Shown here in pieces: positions 59,437-64,000 of a stretch of 64,000 nt of DNA. Each line of letters begins with the position of its first letter. The first letter of the stretch is position 1. Source of the DNA: Patescibacteria group bacterium (GTDB taxonomy: Bacteria > Patescibacteriota > JABMPQ01 > JAQVVF01); assembly GCA_041662665.1 (NCBI GenBank), contig JBAZSC010000002.1, positions 165,234 to 229,233 of the forward strand, in the 5' to 3' direction. The position numbers were made by a program, and so were the translations under genes. A model generated the notes under the pieces. It did no database searches, had not been told where the DNA came from, and worked only from the letters and a program-made list of their open reading frames with translations.

Positions 59437-59667
59437 TCAGCCGAGTTGTCCGAAATTGGAATGAATCAAAGGATTAAAACGCGAACCGTACTCACGTTCA
59501 AATTGCATTTCAACATCATTCAAATCCTTTCGATTTTTGCGATACACGTAAATGAGCTTTTCATGATCAGTCATCTCATCCCATGTCTTCGTCTTCATCT
59601 TCTCTCTTCCTCCTTTTCCGCAGGCACAGACACTACAAGGAGTCGTACAATTGCAGACCATACTCAT
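59437..59667 (-). CDS. Small hypothetical protein with Cys-rich N-terminus
   Basis: SD GGAGG before MSMVCNCTTPCSVCACG; a second internal SD precedes MKTKTW; promoter-like TTGATA-17-TAATAA upstream. Confidence 0.55.
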   Translation of the reverse strand: MSMVCNCTTPCSVCACGKGGREKMKTKTWDEMTDHEKLIYVYRKNRKDLNDVEMQFEREYGSRFNPLIHSNFGQLG

Positions 59668-59761
59668 TTTCCTCCCTCCTTTTCCTCTCCTCTCTCGCAG
59701 ACAAAATGAACTAATAATTATTAGCAGATTTGTGAATAATTATCAAGACATTTTGACAATC

Positions 59762-59831
59762 AGATGTCGGATGTCGGAAGTCGGAAGTCGGAACGTTCCG
59801 AAGTTCTGACGCTCCGACGTTCCGACGCTCC
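59762..59831. repeat. Inverted array of GTCGGA / TCCGAC 7-8-nt units
   Basis: gatgtcggatgtcggaagtcggaagtcggaacg-ttccgaagttctgacgctccgacgttccgacgctcc. Confidence 0.8.
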
Positions 59832-59993
59832 AAAACAAAAGACCACCGGCATCGGTGGCTAGTTTATTTCAAAATATAGAAACTAAACATCACACCGCTG
59901 CCTGTGGCTAATAATAATGCTAATAATCAATTCAGTTTTAAGAACATTATTTTTCATCAATTTAATTTTAGCCTACAAAAAATTTCCAGTCAA
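59832..59993 (-). promoter_or_regulatory. Promoter, leaderless leader peptide MKNNVLKTELIISIIISHRQRCDV (59883-59957) and antiterminator/terminator
   Basis: TTGACT-17-TAAAAT, ATG after a 7-nt gap; CGGTG..GTTTA pairs with TAAAC..CACCG; terminator CCACCG-ATGC-CGGTGG-TCTTTT. Confidence 0.7.
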
Positions 59994-60142
59994 TAATTTT
60001 TATCAACAACTTGTTTTCTTGTTTCGTTGTTTCTTTGTTTTCGCCGTTTCCCCTTGACTTTTCTTTTTCATACAGTGTAATATATTTAATAACAGTTTAC
60101 ACTCGCACCCTACAATCCCGAGGGAAACAAGGAGGAAGAGAA

Positions 60143-61300
60143 ATGCAATACTTGTTCCAAACACCACAGCAGAATCAACCGATTCATCAGCATCCATTTG
60201 TTTGGTGCAACGGCAGATTTTATAACATTCAAGATTTCGGTTTTCCAGTTTCTAAGCATGGTTTTCATTATGGCACAACAACGTTTGGCGGAACTGGCGT
60301 TCGCAAATGTATTGATGGAAAACATCGTATTTTCAGAGCAGAAGATCATGCCCAGCGATTTCTAGATCATGCCCAAGGCTTTGGACTTAAAGTTCCTTTC
60401 TCAGCTAAAGATATTCTTAATGCTTGCGTAGAAATCAGTCGGCGAAATATGCCAAGTTTAAAAACAGAAGATCTCTATTTACGCATGGCACTTGATCCAT
60501 TTGATCAATACCTTGGCGTTGGCTCTTCTGAACAAACAGATGTGGTCATTCTCGCTCAAGACTTAACCCAATACTTAAAGATTGCTGAAGGACGAACTGG
60601 CGCTTCATTGCTATTGCCAGGACAACAACTGTTTCGTAGAGGCGATGAAACTGTTGGGCTTCCTTTCTTCAAAAGTGCTATAAATTACGGACTTGGAAAT
60701 ATGTGGAAGCGTATTGCCCACCATTTTGGCGCAGTTGAAACTCTCGCTGCCGGACCAAGTTCAAACAGTTTGAGCGAAGCAACAGGAGCTTGCCTATTTG
60801 TTATCAAAAATGACGAAACGATTGCAACTCCTAGTCTTGATTACATGTGTCTAGATAGTATTACCAGACGAACAGTGCTTTGGATTCTTAGAACACTGAA
60901 TATTTTTGTTCATGAAACTCGCATCTCCGAAATTGATGTTCTATCTGCAAAATGCGTTTTTCTTGTCGGAACTTGGGCTGGACCAGTTTTCATTGAAGAA
61001 ATCCTTCATGATATCAGCACTCCAAGTATTCCAAAAGAAATTTTAACCGCTAACAATGGAAAAAATTTCTTTCAATATATTCTTGACAACCTGCATCCTA
61101 CATCGTATATGTTTCCAACATCAGGCGAGCATTATGATTTTTTCAGAAAAGTTGAAAGGATTTATTGGGACATTGTTCGTTGTAATTTCTCTGCCTTGCC
61201 ATCAGAATTTGTTATTCCAGAAAACTGGCACACATTGATTCCTCCTTCAGCTCCAAAAGAACCTGTAATCGATCCCGAAGATATTAAAGATTGGCCTTAA
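60143..61300 (+). CDS. Aminotransferase class IV (IlvE-like), divergent
   Basis: FHYG...FGG, IFR..DH..RF, YLR, K...NY, SEATG, LDSITR, GT; SD GGAGG before ATG 60143; TTGACT-17-TAATAT promoter from 60054. Confidence 0.8.
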   Translation: MQYLFQTPQQNQPIHQHPFVWCNGRFYNIQDFGFPVSKHGFHYGTTTFGGTGVRKCIDGKHRIFRAEDHAQRFLDHAQGFGLKVPFSAKDILNACVEISRRNMPSLKTEDLYLRMALDPFDQYLGVGSSEQTDVVILAQDLTQYLKIAEGRTGASLLLPGQQLFRRGDETVGLPFFKSAINYGLGNMWKRIAHHFGAVETLAAGPSSNSLSEATGACLFVIKNDETIATPSLDYMCLDSITRRTVLWILRTLNIFVHETRISEIDVLSAKCVFLVGTWAGPVFIEEILHDISTPSIPKEILTANNGKNFFQYILDNLHPTSYMFPTSGEHYDFFRKVERIYWDIVRCNFSALPSEFVIPENWHTLIPPSAPKEPVIDPEDIKDWP

Positions 61301-61327
61301 TCTTTATTTATTAGCTCCTTCATCACA

Positions 61328-61352
61328 AAATCCACATTCCTGTGGATTTTTT
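61328..61352 (+). terminator. Intrinsic terminator
   Basis: aaatccaca-ttcc-tgtggatttttt. Confidence 0.7.
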
Positions 61353-61408
61353 AGTTGAGCAAGCATTTTTTCCGAACCGCAGTGAAGGAAAAACATGCTT
61401 GATCAAGT

Positions 61409-61510
61409 ATCCCGCACCAAATGCCAAAATAAAAAAAGTATTATATAAAATTAAAATAATACTTTTTAAAATCCTAAAAACAAAGAATTCTATTTCATTT
61501 GGTGTGGGAT
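61409..61510. mobile_element. About 100-bp MITE-like element with 15-bp terminal inverted repeats
   Basis: atcccgcaccaaatg...catttggtgtgggat around an AT-rich core. Confidence 0.5.
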
Positions 61511-61843
61511 TTATTTCTTTTCTTTATATTGATTAATTGTCCAAAAAGGACTAGTTGGAATAATTGCTTCAAAATCACCTTCAACATAATACCACTTTTT
61601 CTTTTCAATCAAAATCATATCGCCAGATTTGAATTTGAATATTTTATTATCCAAAAAAAATTTTCCTTTTCCTTTTAAAATATAATACATTTCATCAACC
61701 TTTTCATTCATCGCTAAACCAAACTTTGGATATCTTTTTTTTATTTTCACAACACATAAACTCAAATTCCTATTTCCACCATATTCATAAATTACACAAT
61801 TTGGCTTTTTAATTTTTTCTGCCTTATTTTTAGAAACCAACAT
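61511..61843 (-). CDS. Cupin-domain protein
   Basis: DEMYYILKGKG, GDMILI.KK.WY; probable start ATG 61843. Confidence 0.75.
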   Translation of the reverse strand: MLVSKNKAEKIKKPNCVIYEYGGNRNLSLCVVKIKKRYPKFGLAMNEKVDEMYYILKGKGKFFLDNKIFKFKSGDMILIEKKKWYYVEGDFEAIIPTSPFWTINQYKEKK

Positions 61844-61938
61844 ATTAGCGATTTGCATATTCGTATCATTTGCATTATTTGTATATTCGTATTATATTTC
61901 ACAAAGTTTTCAAAACTTAACGTGAAATATCAATTAGT

Positions 61939-63999
61939 CTATTCTTTTAAATCCCCCCAGTTTTTACCGATTCCAATATCAACAACCAAAGGCACTTCTA
62001 ACTTATAAATATTTTCCATTACATCTTTAACTTTTTTCAACACTTCATCAACTTTATTTTCTTTAACCTCAAAAACCAATTCATCATGCACTTGAAGTAT
62101 CATCCTAACATCATTTGCAGACATTAGAGATTTATTAGAGAAATCCGATTCGAGAAGGATTCGAGATATTTCTATCATAGCCATTTTAATAATATCAGCC
62201 GCAGTACCTTGTATTGGCATGTTAATCGCCATCCTCTCTCCCGCCATTTTAACCCTAAATGCAGATCCATCTTTTAATTCTGGCAAATATCTGCGTCTTC
62301 CAAATAATGTTTCCACATATCCATTTATTCTTGCAAAATCCAATGTCTGTTTCATATAAACAGCAATTGTTGGAAATTGCGCAAAATATTCGTTGATAAA
62401 TGTTTGCGCTTCTTCTCTTGGAATTCCTAATGACAATGACAGACCATGTGCTGACATTCCATACATAATTCCAAAATTAATTGTCTTAGCAACTCTTCTT
62501 TCTTTGTCCGAAATCTTATCCAAATCTTTTTTAAAAATTTTTGACGCAGTTGCAGTATGAATATCCTGTCCTTCTTCAAAAGCTTTGATCATATTCACAT
62601 CGCCTGAAACATGCGCCATTATTCTCAATTCAATTTGTGAATAATCAGCTGCCAATAATTTATAGCCTTTTTCAGCAATAAATGCTTTTCTTATTTGCTG
62701 ACCGACATCAGTTTTAATTGGAATATTTTGCAAATTCGGATCAGAAGAAGACAATCTGCCTGTTGCCGTAATTGTCTGGTTAAAACTCGTATGCACTCGA
62801 TCATCAGAATTTACTAATTCAGGTAAAGCATCCAAATAAGTGCTTTTTAATTTTGATAATTCTCGATGCTCTTCAATTAGACCAATAATTGGATGAACTT
62901 GTCTTAATTTTTCCAATTCTGATGCAGCTGTCGAAAATCCAGTTTTTATTTTTTTAATTTCTAAAGTCGATAATTTTAATTTATCAAATAACACTTCTTT
63001 CAATTGCAAAGTTGATCGCACATTAAAACGACAGCCTGCCATTTTATAAATTTCTGTTTCTAATCCTAATATTCTTTCGCCAAATTCTTTAGATAATTTT
63101 TTCAAAAAAGGAACATCAATTTTGATTCCATTATCTTCCATTTCTGACAACACAGGAACTAAAGGAATTTCAATTTTTTCTAAAACTTCAGTTAATTTTT
63201 TTTCATTTTTTAATTTTTCGCTAAATTTCTTAAACAACCTAAAAGTAAAATCAACATCTTCACAAGAATACCAAGCTAATTTTTTTGGATCAACTTCCAA
63301 AATATCTTTTTTTATTTTTTTCTTACTGCCATTTAAATCTTCAAAAAAAGCTGGACCAACTAATTCATCAAAACTCATCATTTCATAACCAAATTCTGAA
63401 AATGCCAAATCATCCAAGCTATGTTTTCTTGTTCCTGGATTCAAAACATATGATGCAAGCATTGTGTCAAAGCTAGCATTTTTTACTTTAATGCCAAAAT
63501 TTTCCATTACTAACAAATCATATTTTAAATTCTGGCAGATTTTTCTATATTTAGAATCTTCTAAAACTTTTTTTAATTCATCAAATTTTAATCTTGAATT
63601 AAACACTTGAATATAATAAGCAATTTTTTCTTGCCAACAAAGACTTATTCCAACTAATTCTGCTTCAAATGCTGCCTTGCTTGTTGTCTCAGTATCAAAA
63701 GCAAATTCTTTTTGCGATTTTAAATCATTAACTAATTTATCTAATTCTTGTTGTGTTTCAATTAATTTATAATCAACATTTTTATTCTTATTCCATTCTT
63801 CCATATAAAAATTTTCATTTTTTTTCAAATCAAATAATCCAACTTGTTTTTCTTCTTTTTTGCTTTCTGGTAATCTGTTTAATAAGCTTCTGAATCCTAA
63901 TTCTTGAAATAATTTAATTACTTTTTCTCGATCATAATCTTTCAAATCACATTTATTCAAATCAAAATCAAAATTAATGTCTGTAATTATTCTCGCCAA
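61939..63999 (-). CDS. polA: DNA polymerase I (5'-truncated by the window edge)
   Basis: FDTET, TGRLSSSDPNLQNIP, DYSQIELR, KTINFG.MYG, QVHDEL. Confidence 0.97.
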   Translation of the reverse strand: MARIITDINFDFDLNKCDLKDYDREKVIKLFQELGFRSLLNRLPESKKEEKQVGLFDLKKNENFYMEEWNKNKNVDYKLIETQQELDKLVNDLKSQKEFAFDTETTSKAAFEAELVGISLCWQEKIAYYIQVFNSRLKFDELKKVLEDSKYRKICQNLKYDLLVMENFGIKVKNASFDTMLASYVLNPGTRKHSLDDLAFSEFGYEMMSFDELVGPAFFEDLNGSKKKIKKDILEVDPKKLAWYSCEDVDFTFRLFKKFSEKLKNEKKLTEVLEKIEIPLVPVLSEMEDNGIKIDVPFLKKLSKEFGERILGLETEIYKMAGCRFNVRSTLQLKEVLFDKLKLSTLEIKKIKTGFSTAASELEKLRQVHPIIGLIEEHRELSKLKSTYLDALPELVNSDDRVHTSFNQTITATGRLSSSDPNLQNIPIKTDVGQQIRKAFIAEKGYKLLAADYSQIELRIMAHVSGDVNMIKAFEEGQDIHTATASKIFKKDLDKISDKERRVAKTINFGIMYGMSAHGLSLSLGIPREEAQTFINEYFAQFPTIAVYMKQTLDFARINGYVETLFGRRRYLPELKDGSAFRVKMAGERMAINMPIQGTAADIIKMAMIEISRILLESDFSNKSLMSANDVRMILQVHDELVFEVKENKVDEVLKKVKDVMENIYKLEVPLVVDIGIGKNWGDLKE

Positions 64000-64000
64000 T

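Noticed and set aside
54408-61300. Prophage or integrative island
   Set aside because: Accessory-looking, but no integrase, terminase, capsid gene or att repeats were seen.
61342-61536. 64-aa plus-strand ORF
   Set aside because: Made of terminator, hairpin and MITE-like DNA; overlaps the cupin gene end.

Overview
AT-rich bacterial chromosome segment using standard genetic code 11. Gene content and style suggest a Patescibacteria/Parcubacteria (CPR)-type genome; this is inference. It carries housekeeping genes (secG, rnj, trpS, rpsF-ssb-rpsR, ychF, efp, recA, ftsK, rpoB/rpoC, tsaB, murE-like, queH, lon, ruvA, uvrB, rpsT, holA, partial polA), a tRNA-Leu(CAG) and scattered accessory genes. Four patterns stand out. 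(1) Five dispersed exported proteins with unrelated N-terminal payloads end in the same Lys-rich C-terminal module, a candidate surface-display or sorting system. (2) Two homologous cassettes each consist of a promoter, a leaderless Phe- or Ile-rich peptide and an antiterminator/terminator, resembling amino-acid attenuators. (3) A pervasive micro-repeat system: a GxxExxY nuclease-like gene sits inside inverted arrays of short repeats, and related arrays occur empty, as solo arms, and in-frame inside uvrB, polA, murE, queH, tsaB and a FemAB gene. REP-like palindromes also occur in-frame and nested in rpsF. (4) An S6:S18-leader-like RNA lies between rpsF and ssb, and the window also holds an unannotated 45-aa four-Cys protein, a translin-family gene and a SET-domain gene between rpoB and rpoC. 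No CRISPR array, rRNA, transposase or reverse transcriptase was seen. All assignments are by eye, without database searches.
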